From the NCBI RefSeq assembly GCF_000354175.2, contig NC_022349.1:2580001-2612000 (forward strand): a DNA stretch of 32,000 bases. The letters are read 5' to 3'. Below the pieces are notes generated by a model. The model worked only from the letters and a program-made list of their open reading frames with translations. It did no database searches and was not told where the DNA came from. The translations under genes were made by a program, and so were the position numbers. Positions 15,487 through 24,478 of the stretch are shown piece by piece; position 1 is the stretch's first letter; the number at the start of each line of letters is the position of its first letter. Source of the DNA: Vibrio alginolyticus NBRC 15630 = ATCC 17749 (GTDB lineage: Bacteria; Pseudomonadota; Gammaproteobacteria; Enterobacterales; Vibrionaceae).

Positions 15487-18189
15487 ATGTTTAAAGGATA
15501 TTTCTCTATTGCCGCTTTTATATTGGCAAGTACGTTTGCGTCTTATTCAATGGCACAAACACCCACTCCAGAACAAATGAAAATGTTTCAAAATCTACCC
15601 GCCGACCAACAAAAGGCCTTGGCGAGTAAGTATGGTTTCTCCATTCCTTCTAGTTCATCTTCAAACAAGTCTCCTTACGAAAATCCTCAAGTAATCCAAC
15701 CTAGAACTGAAGCTAGTGGCGCTGCATCTTCCAATATCGAAGAACAATGGCTCAAAAAAGGTGAGCAGGAAGAGATTAAACGCTTTGGTTTAGATCTTTT
15801 TGCTGGTTCTCCAAGCACCTTTGCTCCGATCAGTGATGTTCCTGTGCCAGCAAATTACACCGTGGGTGCAGGTGATGAAATCATTGTGCAGTTATTTGGT
15901 AAAGATAATGAAACGCATCGTTTACGCGTAAATCGTGCGGGCACAATCAACTTCCCTTCACTTGGGCCAGTAAATGTTGCAGGCATGCACTTTTCTGATG
16001 TTCGAGACTCTCTGACGCAACGTGTAAAAGAGCAAATGATTGGTGTGCGCAGTGATATCTCATTGGGTGAATTACGCACCATGCAAGTGTTTGTAATGGG
16101 GGATGCATATAAACCTGGTGCCTACACGGTTAGCGCATTAACGACAATTTCACAAGCTATCTATTACAGTGGCGGTTTTGGTGAAAGTGGGGCGCTGAGA
16201 GATATCCAGCTAAAGCGTGATGGTAAAATCATTCGTAAGTTGGATATGTATGACCTTTTACTAAAAGGTGATGCAAGTAATGATGTGCGCTTACTACCGG
16301 ATGATGTTGTTTTAATTGGTTCTGTTAAGGATACAGTGTCTATAGAAGGGGAGATCAACCGTCCGGCAATTTATGAAGTCAAGGCCGGTGAAACTTACCA
16401 ACAACTTATTCAGATGGCAGGTGGTTTTACTGCGAATGCTCATGTCGAGCAGTTGGAGATAAAACGCTACGCTTCACATGACGCTCGTGAGGCTTTGACG
16501 CTTGATTTCAATAAAACGCAAGATCGAAAGAGTAAAGTTAAAAATGGCGACGCCATCAAGATCTTGAAAAAAAGCGAAGAGCTTACTCGTTACGTGCAGA
16601 TAGAGGGGGATGTTCGTCATCCTGGCTATGTGGAATGGCGCAATGGGCTTCGTGTTGCTGATCTTTTCAAGTCTGTTGACTCAGCTTTTAATTCTACAGC
16701 TGATGTTAACTATGCTGTTGTGGTAAGAGAGATTAATCCGCAACGTGATATTGAAGTGTTCCAACTAAGCTTAGCCAACGCAATTCTATCACCAGGTAGC
16801 CAAGACAACCTCCAGTTACAATCACGAGATCGCATATTGGTTTTCAACCGCTTTAATAACGAAGACTTGGATACATTCGCAACACAAGAGTCTGTTTCAA
16901 AAGCAAAAACGCTAGAACAAGCGCAAGAGCAAGCTGAGCTAGAACAACAGAAAGAACAAGAAGTGATGAGTTCTTCTGTTGCCGTTTCGCATTCAGTAAA
17001 CGGTACGTTGAACAACCAGAGCACCACAGAGCAAGCGAAACCAGCTAAAATCATTTTCCGTGGTAAAGAGATTACAGAGGAAGACTTTGAAAAGCTGAAG
17101 CAAAACACTCGTCGCACTTTGCTTGCACCAGTATTGTTACAACTCCAACAACAGTCTCGTTTGGGGTTAGCCCCTCAAATTGCTGAAGTCTTTGGTGAAG
17201 TGAAGCACCCAGGACGCTACCCGATTACTCCAAGAATGACGGTATCAACGCTTATTGAAGCAGCTGGTGGTTTGACTTACAACGCATTCACAATTAATGC
17301 AGAATTAGCACGAACCGCGATTAATAGTGCGGATGAGCGTGCGTATATTGATGTTGAGCGTATTGATTTGCGTAAAGCAATCCAAGGCAGTGCTTCGGAC
17401 GATGCAATTATCGTAGGCCGAGATCGTTTGAACATCCTAGAAAAGCCAAATGTGAAGCTACAAAGCACAGTCACTTTACAGGGTGAAGTTCGTTTCCCTG
17501 GAACCTATACCGTGCGCCAAGGTGAAACCTTAAGTGAGCTATTGGATCGAGCGGGTGGTCTCACAGAGTTCGCTCACCCCCAAGGAGCGATATTTACGCG
17601 TGAAGCATTGCGTTTACAAGAGCAGAAGCTTTTAAACCAATACGCCGCAGATATGCGAAAAGAAACAGCGAAGAAGACGTTCCGAGCCGATAGTAATATA
17701 GGTTCTGTAATTTCAGACCCAGAAAAAACACTAGCATTTGTTGAGGAAGCAAGTCGCAGCAAAGCACTTGGCCGTATGGTGGTACAGTTAAACCGTATCT
17801 TAAAGGGGGAACGCTCAGCAGACTTTATGTTAGAAGATGGAGACTTCCTCTTTGTTCCGACTTTCCGAAACACCGTTTCGATAATGGGTGAAGTTCAGGT
17901 TCCAATTACCTACTTGTTAGACAACAAGCTTGACGTCGATGATTACCTGAACAAAGCGGGTGGTGCTAAAAAACAAGCGGACGAAGACCGCATTTTTGTA
18001 GTGCGTGCAGATGGTTCTGTTTATAAGCCTTCATCTGGTTATTGGTTCGGAAATAGCAAAGAAGAACTAAAAGCTGGTGATACTATTGTTGTACCAATTG
18101 ATACCGACTACCGTGATGCATTAAGCACATGGACTGCAGCAACGCAGATTCTTTATCAGACGGGTGTTGCGATTAATGCTCTGAAGTAA
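15487..18189 (+). CDS. wza: Wza-family outer-membrane polysaccharide export (OPX) protein, long form (WbfF/OtnA-like)
   Basis: 900 aa with a signal peptide (ASTFASYSMAQ). It has a Poly_export-like segment (YTVGAGDEIIVQLFGKDNE...GTINFPSLGPVNVAG) and several SLBB-like repeats (V.IEGEI/V.HPG.Y). It sits immediately upstream of wzz, as in V. cholerae O139. Confidence 0.9.
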   Translation: MFKGYFSIAAFILASTFASYSMAQTPTPEQMKMFQNLPADQQKALASKYGFSIPSSSSSNKSPYENPQVIQPRTEASGAASSNIEEQWLKKGEQEEIKRFGLDLFAGSPSTFAPISDVPVPANYTVGAGDEIIVQLFGKDNETHRLRVNRAGTINFPSLGPVNVAGMHFSDVRDSLTQRVKEQMIGVRSDISLGELRTMQVFVMGDAYKPGAYTVSALTTISQAIYYSGGFGESGALRDIQLKRDGKIIRKLDMYDLLLKGDASNDVRLLPDDVVLIGSVKDTVSIEGEINRPAIYEVKAGETYQQLIQMAGGFTANAHVEQLEIKRYASHDAREALTLDFNKTQDRKSKVKNGDAIKILKKSEELTRYVQIEGDVRHPGYVEWRNGLRVADLFKSVDSAFNSTADVNYAVVVREINPQRDIEVFQLSLANAILSPGSQDNLQLQSRDRILVFNRFNNEDLDTFATQESVSKAKTLEQAQEQAELEQQKEQEVMSSSVAVSHSVNGTLNNQSTTEQAKPAKIIFRGKEITEEDFEKLKQNTRRTLLAPVLLQLQQQSRLGLAPQIAEVFGEVKHPGRYPITPRMTVSTLIEAAGGLTYNAFTINAELARTAINSADERAYIDVERIDLRKAIQGSASDDAIIVGRDRLNILEKPNVKLQSTVTLQGEVRFPGTYTVRQGETLSELLDRAGGLTEFAHPQGAIFTREALRLQEQKLLNQYAADMRKETAKKTFRADSNIGSVISDPEKTLAFVEEASRSKALGRMVVQLNRILKGERSADFMLEDGDFLFVPTFRNTVSIMGEVQVPITYLLDNKLDVDDYLNKAGGAKKQADEDRIFVVRADGSVYKPSSGYWFGNSKEELKAGDTIVVPIDTDYRDALSTWTAATQILYQTGVAINALK

Positions 18190-18371
18190 ATGACTCCACC
18201 CTAGTTCTAGTTTGAATTAGGGTGGGAATTATTCATTGATAGCAATAGGTTCAGGCTCAGATATCTGAGTATACCTAATGGCTATAGCTATTGATTTATT
18301 GGCTGGAGCTCAGCCTCATCAAAGTCATTCTATTAGCGAAGATTTCGCTATAGCGAAGGAAATTTGATTAA

Positions 18372-19349
18372 ATGGAACCACAACAAGAAAAGCAGGCTCA
18401 ACAATTGGTTAGATATCCACATTCCAATGAGTTATACGACGCGCCTATTGATTTGCGCGAATTATTCAAGTCCTTGTGGCGAGGCAAATGGGTTGTAATT
18501 GCAACAACTTTTACTTTTGCTGTTGGCTCTGTGATCTATGCATTGAGCCTACCAAATGTTTATAAAGCGGATGCGCTGTTATCTCCAGCGGAAAGTGCTG
18601 GCGGTGGTGGGCTCTCGAAAATGGCAGGCCAATTGGGTGGGTTGGCTGCTCTTGCAGGAGTAAATCTTGGTGGAGGAGGTGCGTCTCAGACAGACCTTGC
18701 TGTCCAAGTTATGAAATCTCGTCAATTTGCTGAAGCGTTCATTGAGAAGTACGATCTATTGGTTCCTTTAATGGCGGCAAAAGACTGGGACCTAAGCAAG
18801 AATCAGCTTGTTTTAGATGACGAAATATATAACTCTAAGACTGGCATGTGGGTGCGAGAACCAGATGGTTTAAGAGGACCTAAACCAACACCACAAGAGG
18901 CTTATGAGGTATTTAGTAAAAATGTCTTAAGCGTAAATAAAGATGATGAAACTGGTTTGTACACAGTATCTGTACAACACTTTTCTCCTTATTTAACAAA
19001 GCAGTGGGTAAACTGGTTGATTGAAGATATTAATAAGGTTATGAGAGAGAGAACTATTTCAGAGGTATCTCAAAACCTTACCTACTTAAATACTCAATTA
19101 CAAAAAACTTCAGTTGCTGAGATGCAAAGCACTTTTTATAGTCTAATTGAGGAACAAACAAAAAGCTTAATGTTAGCTGAAGTTCAAGATGAGTTTATAT
19201 TTAAAACAGTAGATCCTGCTGTTGTTCCTGAGCTTAAGAGTTCGCCAAATCGTGCATTAATTTGCGTAATAGGAACTCTTTTAGGGGGGATATTAGGTAT
19301 GATAATTATACTTGTAAATTATTCTTTTAAAGAAGATGAGATAAGTTAG
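18372..19349 (+). CDS. wzz: Wzz-type polysaccharide chain-length determinant (PCP without kinase domain; OtnB-like)
   Basis: 325 aa. It has an N-terminal TM (WVVIATTFTFAVGSVIYAL), a periplasmic coiled region, and a C-terminal TM with a Gly-rich segment (LICVIGTLLGGILGMIIILV). No Walker or tyrosine-rich tail is present. Confidence 0.85.
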   Translation: MEPQQEKQAQQLVRYPHSNELYDAPIDLRELFKSLWRGKWVVIATTFTFAVGSVIYALSLPNVYKADALLSPAESAGGGGLSKMAGQLGGLAALAGVNLGGGGASQTDLAVQVMKSRQFAEAFIEKYDLLVPLMAAKDWDLSKNQLVLDDEIYNSKTGMWVREPDGLRGPKPTPQEAYEVFSKNVLSVNKDDETGLYTVSVQHFSPYLTKQWVNWLIEDINKVMRERTISEVSQNLTYLNTQLQKTSVAEMQSTFYSLIEEQTKSLMLAEVQDEFIFKTVDPAVVPELKSSPNRALICVIGTLLGGILGMIIILVNYSFKEDEIS

Positions 19350-19430
19350 AGCTATAAATTTAAATAGGCTTAACAGATCTTTTATTATTAACTATATAAT
19401 AACGAATTATATTTTATTAAGATAAGATAA

Positions 19431-20708
19431 TTGAATATTTTTAAGAGCAATAAGAACTCCGAAGTTGCAAGTGTATTCAAAGGAATGCTTACTCTGGCAA
19501 AAGGTGCTGTGTTTGCCAGAATTATAGGTTTAGTTAGTATTCCAGTTTTAACCCGAATCTATTCTCCAGAAGATTACGGTGTTTTAGCTCTTTACACGTC
19601 ACTGATAGCTATATTAGCGCCTATTTTTACCTTTCGGTATGTGCAAGCAATTCCTTTACCCAAAACTGATAAGATGGCAATAAATCTTTTTTCGGTATGT
19701 CTAGCTCTGATATTGATGAGTTCTCTTTTTATTGCAGTAATACTATTTTTCTTCAGTGAAACTATCCTGAACTGGTTTGATATGAGAGCGCTTGCTCCAT
19801 GGTGGCCTGTAATTGTACTTGGTGCAGCAGGAACTGCCTTATATGAACTATTTAGTCTTTGGGCTACTAGGAAAAAGCAATATAAAATAATAGCCAAAAC
19901 ACAAGTAACTCAATCTTTTTTTGGCAATCTTACAAAAATTTTAATGGGTTTGTTCAGTTTTAAGCCTGCAGGTCTACTGATCGGTCAGTTTATTGCTCAA
20001 AGCGGTGGTGTGGGAAGTTTTATTAAACAATCATTGCCAGATTTTATAAAGCTAAAAAGTCAGGTTACTAAGAGTCGTTCTACTTTTATATCTAGTTATT
20101 ATCGTGGCTTTCCAGTATTTCGATTGCCATCTCAAATTCTGATGTCTTTGTCATTACAAGCTCCAACCTTAATGATGGCAGCATTATTTAGTAAAGAAAG
20201 TACAGGACAACTTAGTCTAGCTATGGTTGCACTAAATCTACCTATAACCCTTATAGTTAGGGCTGTATCTAAGGCTTATTATGCTGAAATATCGTCAATA
20301 GGAAAGAATAATATTGAAAAAATCCGCAGAATTACATTCTCTGTACAAAAGAAATTATTTTTAATTGGATTCCCTTTGACGATAGTGACGATGTTTGTGG
20401 CTGAGTATGCGTTTGTTGTCATTTTTGGTAATGAGTGGTTAAAAGCTGGACAAATGGCGGTAGTGTTAGCTCCTTTTATGTTGTTACAATTTACTTCCTT
20501 ACCCTTGATTGAAGCAATAAATGTTGTTGGTTCTCAAATTCATTTTCTTATTTTAAGCATTGTCAGAGTGTTAGGTCTAATAATTATGTTTGTAGGTTCG
20601 ATTTATTTTCATGTTCAAGAATCTACTTTTTTGATTATGTTAAGCGCTTATCTTACTTTATTTTACCTGTTCACATCTTTTTTTGTTGTCTTTTCTATGA
20701 GAAAGTAA
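19431..20708 (+). CDS. wzx: Wzx-type oligosaccharide flippase (polysaccharide biosynthesis/MOP superfamily)
   Basis: ~425 aa and hydrophobic throughout, with roughly 12 predicted TM stretches. Size and position are typical of Wzx. The start is uncertain (TTG at 19431, alternative ATG at 19485). Confidence 0.7.
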   Translation: MNIFKSNKNSEVASVFKGMLTLAKGAVFARIIGLVSIPVLTRIYSPEDYGVLALYTSLIAILAPIFTFRYVQAIPLPKTDKMAINLFSVCLALILMSSLFIAVILFFFSETILNWFDMRALAPWWPVIVLGAAGTALYELFSLWATRKKQYKIIAKTQVTQSFFGNLTKILMGLFSFKPAGLLIGQFIAQSGGVGSFIKQSLPDFIKLKSQVTKSRSTFISSYYRGFPVFRLPSQILMSLSLQAPTLMMAALFSKESTGQLSLAMVALNLPITLIVRAVSKAYYAEISSIGKNNIEKIRRITFSVQKKLFLIGFPLTIVTMFVAEYAFVVIFGNEWLKAGQMAVVLAPFMLLQFTSLPLIEAINVVGSQIHFLILSIVRVLGLIIMFVGSIYFHVQESTFLIMLSAYLTLFYLFTSFFVVFSMRK

Positions 20709-20762
20709 GTTAGTCTCAGTATTTATTAAAAGCACAAGAACGAAATATTAATTGGAGAAAAA

Positions 20763-21779
20763 ATGTTAGCTATTCACTCTCGTTCGGGTAGCTTCAGTGA
20801 CAAATGGATTGATTATTGTCAGCTGAATGATATTAACTATAAAATAGTGGATTGCTACTCCGACGATATTATTGAACAACTAGAAGGTTGCTATGGTGTT
20901 ATGTGGCATTGGGGACACAATGATCACAGGGCCGTATTGTTTGCGCGTCAATTAAGCTACTCATTGGCGGCAGCTGGTAAGCGAGTATTCCCAGATCCTG
21001 CAACAGCTTGGCACTTTGACGATAAAGTAGGTCAGAAGTATTTATTAGAAGCTATAAAAGCTCCATTAGTTCCTAGCCACGTCTTTTATGATAAAGATGT
21101 GGCTTTAAATTGGGCTTCAACAACAACCTTCCCTACGGTATTTAAACTTAGAGGAGGAGCTGGAGCTGAAAATGTGCATATTGTAAGGTCCGAAAGTGAA
21201 GCTCAAAAATTCATAAGAAAAGCCTTTGGAAAAGGGTATAAAGTAAAAAATAGGATCAACTTTTTAAAGGAGCGCTATTGGCACTTTAAACGCGATAAAA
21301 CTCTAAGCAGCTTTTTAAATATTAGTAAGGGCTTTGCTAGGTTAGTTATTCCGAAAGAGGCTGAAAAAAACTTTCCAGTAGAAAGAAATTACGCATATTT
21401 TCAAGAGTTTATTCCTAACAACGATCATGATATTAGAATCATTGTTATAGGTAAACGAGCGTTTGCGATCAAGCGAATGGTAAGGGAAGGAGACTTTCGA
21501 GCTTCTGGTAGTGGTAATATTATTTACGACCCGCATCAAATACCCAAAGAATGTTTGAAAATTGCTTTTGATGTAACAAAGAAGTTGAACTCCCAGTGTC
21601 TTGCTTTTGACTTTGTTACGTTGGATGACAAACCTCTCATTGTTGAGTTGAGTTACTCTTTTGCGCGAAAAGGATATCTTGACTGCCCCGGGTATTGGAA
21701 CAATGAACTAGAGTGGATTGAGGGAGCATTTTCTCCTGAATTCTTCATGATCGAAGACTTCATAAGCAAGAAGCTTTAA
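20763..21779 (+). CDS. ATP-grasp domain protein (carboxylate-amine ligase type)
   Basis: 338 aa. FDDKVGQKYLLEAIKAPLVPSHVF...FPTVFKLRGGAGAENVHIV...HDIRIIVIGKRAFAIKRMVREGDFRASGSGNIIYD...LAFDFV...IVELSYSF follows the ATP-grasp pattern. A GGAG RBS lies upstream. Confidence 0.7.
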   Translation: MLAIHSRSGSFSDKWIDYCQLNDINYKIVDCYSDDIIEQLEGCYGVMWHWGHNDHRAVLFARQLSYSLAAAGKRVFPDPATAWHFDDKVGQKYLLEAIKAPLVPSHVFYDKDVALNWASTTTFPTVFKLRGGAGAENVHIVRSESEAQKFIRKAFGKGYKVKNRINFLKERYWHFKRDKTLSSFLNISKGFARLVIPKEAEKNFPVERNYAYFQEFIPNNDHDIRIIVIGKRAFAIKRMVREGDFRASGSGNIIYDPHQIPKECLKIAFDVTKKLNSQCLAFDFVTLDDKPLIVELSYSFARKGYLDCPGYWNNELEWIEGAFSPEFFMIEDFISKKL

Positions 21780-21890
21780 GCGTTTATATTCTTCTCTCAA
21801 ATTAGTATAAATATTTAGAGTGGTAATTATTTTCAGGGCGGAACAAATTAAAAAACTTCGCCTATAGCAGTTTATTAAGGTTTTAGTAGC

Positions 21891-23336
21891 ATGAGTAAGC
21901 TAGGTCTGGGAACTCGAACTTTCTACTCAGAGGGTGAGAATTGTATCAACTATAAAAAGCATATTTCTAAGTTTGATCTTCAAGGGCGTTTAGTAGATCC
22001 TATTTCGGTTATGGAGTTTTTGATGAAAAACTACATATTCTCGAACCGAACTATGGTTCAAGGAATTGAACGAACACCTTGGATGGCAAAGCGTGCGTCA
22101 AAAGATAGTGAGTCTTGGAGTTATTTAGATTTGCCTCCTCATCTTAAAGATAAAAAAAGTTCTCCAGAAGTAGCAAAAAAGCTAAAACAGTTACTAGAAA
22201 TTGAAGCCCTTGAATTCCTTAACGGAAAAAGGAATATAGGTATTCTACTATCTGGTGGTATGGACAGCCGAATTGTTGCTGCTATCGTGAGGGAGCTACA
22301 GGTTACAGGTAAATATACTGGCGATGTTACCGCTTTAACATGGGGTTTAAAGGACTCTCGTGATGTAGTATATGCGCAGCGAATTGCACAAAGCTTTGGC
22401 TGGGAATTCAGCTATAAGCCTTTGACTGAAGAGGTGCTTTACAACAATATTTTTCTCACAGCTGAACGAGGCGCAGAATATTCTCCCGTGCATTTGCATG
22501 CAATGGCAGATGTTTCAAAAACTATTGGTATCGATGGAATTTTGGCTGGTAGTTATGGTGACAGTATTGGTAGAGGCGAATATTCTGGCAGAAAAACTTC
22601 TGAGCTGCCTCATATACTTGACCGACATATGAATCATTTTGCTTTTCTTCGAGCTTCTGTTGAAAAGGCGGCTATTCATGGTGTTCGAGCAGACTTAGAA
22701 CGTGAGCGGTCTCGATTCCCTGGGCGAAGTGAGATGTCTTATCGAGAGATAGAAATGCAACAGCATTATATGCGCCGCCAGTTGAACGCTTGCATGGAAG
22801 TTATTGATGACAGAATTCCTTTGTACCAGATGTTTACTTCACCGGATGTATTTGGGTTTATGTGGTCGTTAGATCCTAGTTGTCGTACAGACGATAACTA
22901 TGAACACTTACTTGAGTTGTTGCCTGGAAACTTATTGGATATTCCTTGGGCTAGGACAGGGCGTCGTTACAACAAAGCTAACAGTATCGTAGAAGATACG
23001 CTCACTAGTCGTAACAATTGTTATGGGAAATGGTTGAGACACGACCTAAGGAGCACCGTTTTGAATGAGATTAATAGTGGTGTATTGCAAGAGTTAGGTA
23101 TATTTAATGAGAAGTCTTTAGATATGTGGGCAAAGCACTGGCCTAAAACAACTTATGCTAAGGCAGATCGTCTTGATGAAAAAATGGCATGGTTAGCATC
23201 ATTTTCAGTTTTCGTTAGAAACAATAACCTTAAGTCACAAGTAAACAAATATAGTGCACTTGATGACTTCAATCGACTAAAGGCTTTTGCTTACACCAAG
23301 CTATATCATACAGCACTGAAGGTCAGCAAACGATGA
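21891..23336 (+). CDS. Asparagine synthetase (AsnB) C-terminal synthetase-domain protein lacking the glutaminase domain
   Basis: 481 aa. The PP-loop ILLSGGMDSR sits at residues 121-126 (nt 22251-22268). The N-terminus MSKLGLG has no Cys2 nucleophile, and too few residues precede the PP-loop to hold an Ntn glutaminase domain. Confidence 0.75.
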   Translation: MSKLGLGTRTFYSEGENCINYKKHISKFDLQGRLVDPISVMEFLMKNYIFSNRTMVQGIERTPWMAKRASKDSESWSYLDLPPHLKDKKSSPEVAKKLKQLLEIEALEFLNGKRNIGILLSGGMDSRIVAAIVRELQVTGKYTGDVTALTWGLKDSRDVVYAQRIAQSFGWEFSYKPLTEEVLYNNIFLTAERGAEYSPVHLHAMADVSKTIGIDGILAGSYGDSIGRGEYSGRKTSELPHILDRHMNHFAFLRASVEKAAIHGVRADLERERSRFPGRSEMSYREIEMQQHYMRRQLNACMEVIDDRIPLYQMFTSPDVFGFMWSLDPSCRTDDNYEHLLELLPGNLLDIPWARTGRRYNKANSIVEDTLTSRNNCYGKWLRHDLRSTVLNEINSGVLQELGIFNEKSLDMWAKHWPKTTYAKADRLDEKMAWLASFSVFVRNNNLKSQVNKYSALDDFNRLKAFAYTKLYHTALKVSKR

Positions 23337-24445
23337 GAAAATCAATAACATTTATTATTGGTGGCTTACGTGGCGGTGGTGCAGAGAAAGTTTGTGTAAC
23401 TTTAGCGAACGGTCTTGTTAATCAGGGGTACTCTGTAGACTTAGTCGTATTGAGTCTAAACGGTGCTGTCAGAGAAAAAGAGCTAGCTTCCGAAGTGAAC
23501 TTAATTAATTTAGACGTTAAGCATACCCGTTATTCAGCCGTTGCTATTTCTCGCTATCTTAAGCAAGCAAAGCCTAAAATAGTTTTATCTTTTAACCGCC
23601 AAATATCAGTAATGTTGGGTCTGATACGAAGTATCATGAGACTGAAATTTACATTGATTTCAAGAAATATCATTTTCTTATCTATAGCTGAATCAAAGAA
23701 AAAAGGCCTATGGCACGGTTTTATTGTTAAACATTTGATTAAGAAGTTTTATGCACTGTCTGATTATTTTATCGCTCAATCTTCTGCAATGAAAGTAGAC
23801 TTGATTGATTACTTAGGTGTCGAAGCATCCAGAGTTGAAGTGATCAACAATCCTGTTTGCCAAATTGTTGCGAACTATCAGAAGCAAGTGTCACTTGGCA
23901 CTATCGTAAATGAAGCCAGTATTGAAGACTATTTGCTATGTGTGGGAAGACTGGAAGAGCAAAAAGCTTTCCATTATGCGATTGAAGCCTTCTCGAAAGT
24001 GGCACCAAGGTATCCAGAGCTCCGCTTGAAGATTGTTGGGCAAGGAGGCTTGGAGAGTGAACTGAAGAAGTGCGCCGCTAAGTTTAATGTACTTAAAAGA
24101 GTAGACTTTGAGGGGTTTCAGGGTGATATGATTCCTTATTATGCCAATGCAAAGGCAACGTTATTAACTTCATTATTTGAAGGCTTCCCAAACGTGCTTG
24201 TTGAATCGATAACACTTGGGACTCCAGTTGTTTCATTTGATTGCCCAAGTGGTCCAAGCGAAATCATTGAAGATGGCATAAATGGATATTTAGTCGGCTA
24301 TCAGGACGTAAATGAGTTAGCAGAAAAAATATCACTAGTCTGTGATGGCAGTATTATTAGAAAAAAAACACAAAGTACATCTGAACGATATACTATAGAG
24401 AAAATTTTGCAAAGTTATCAGTCTTTAATTGAAGCTAAGTCTTAA
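23333..24445 (+). CDS. Family 4 (GT-B, group 1) glycosyltransferase
   Basis: 370 aa. The N-terminus has GGLRGGGAEKV, and the C-terminal half has LLTSLFEGFPNVLVESITLGTPVVSFDCPSGPSEIIEDGINGYLV (EX7E-type region). It overlaps the upstream gene by ATGA. Confidence 0.85.
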   Translation: MRKSITFIIGGLRGGGAEKVCVTLANGLVNQGYSVDLVVLSLNGAVREKELASEVNLINLDVKHTRYSAVAISRYLKQAKPKIVLSFNRQISVMLGLIRSIMRLKFTLISRNIIFLSIAESKKKGLWHGFIVKHLIKKFYALSDYFIAQSSAMKVDLIDYLGVEASRVEVINNPVCQIVANYQKQVSLGTIVNEASIEDYLLCVGRLEEQKAFHYAIEAFSKVAPRYPELRLKIVGQGGLESELKKCAAKFNVLKRVDFEGFQGDMIPYYANAKATLLTSLFEGFPNVLVESITLGTPVVSFDCPSGPSEIIEDGINGYLVGYQDVNELAEKISLVCDGSIIRKKTQSTSERYTIEKILQSYQSLIEAKS

Positions 24446-24478
24446 TGCTCTTATCTTTTTACTAAAGGTTGAATTATA

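Noticed and set aside
21833-21841. TCAGGGCGG in the 111-bp gap before the AsnB-like gene, identical to the 9 nt that lead into the first ops element.
   Set aside because: The sequence continues GGCGGAAC rather than GGCGGTAGCGTG, so the functional ops core is absent. A 9-mer match can be chance or at most a relic.
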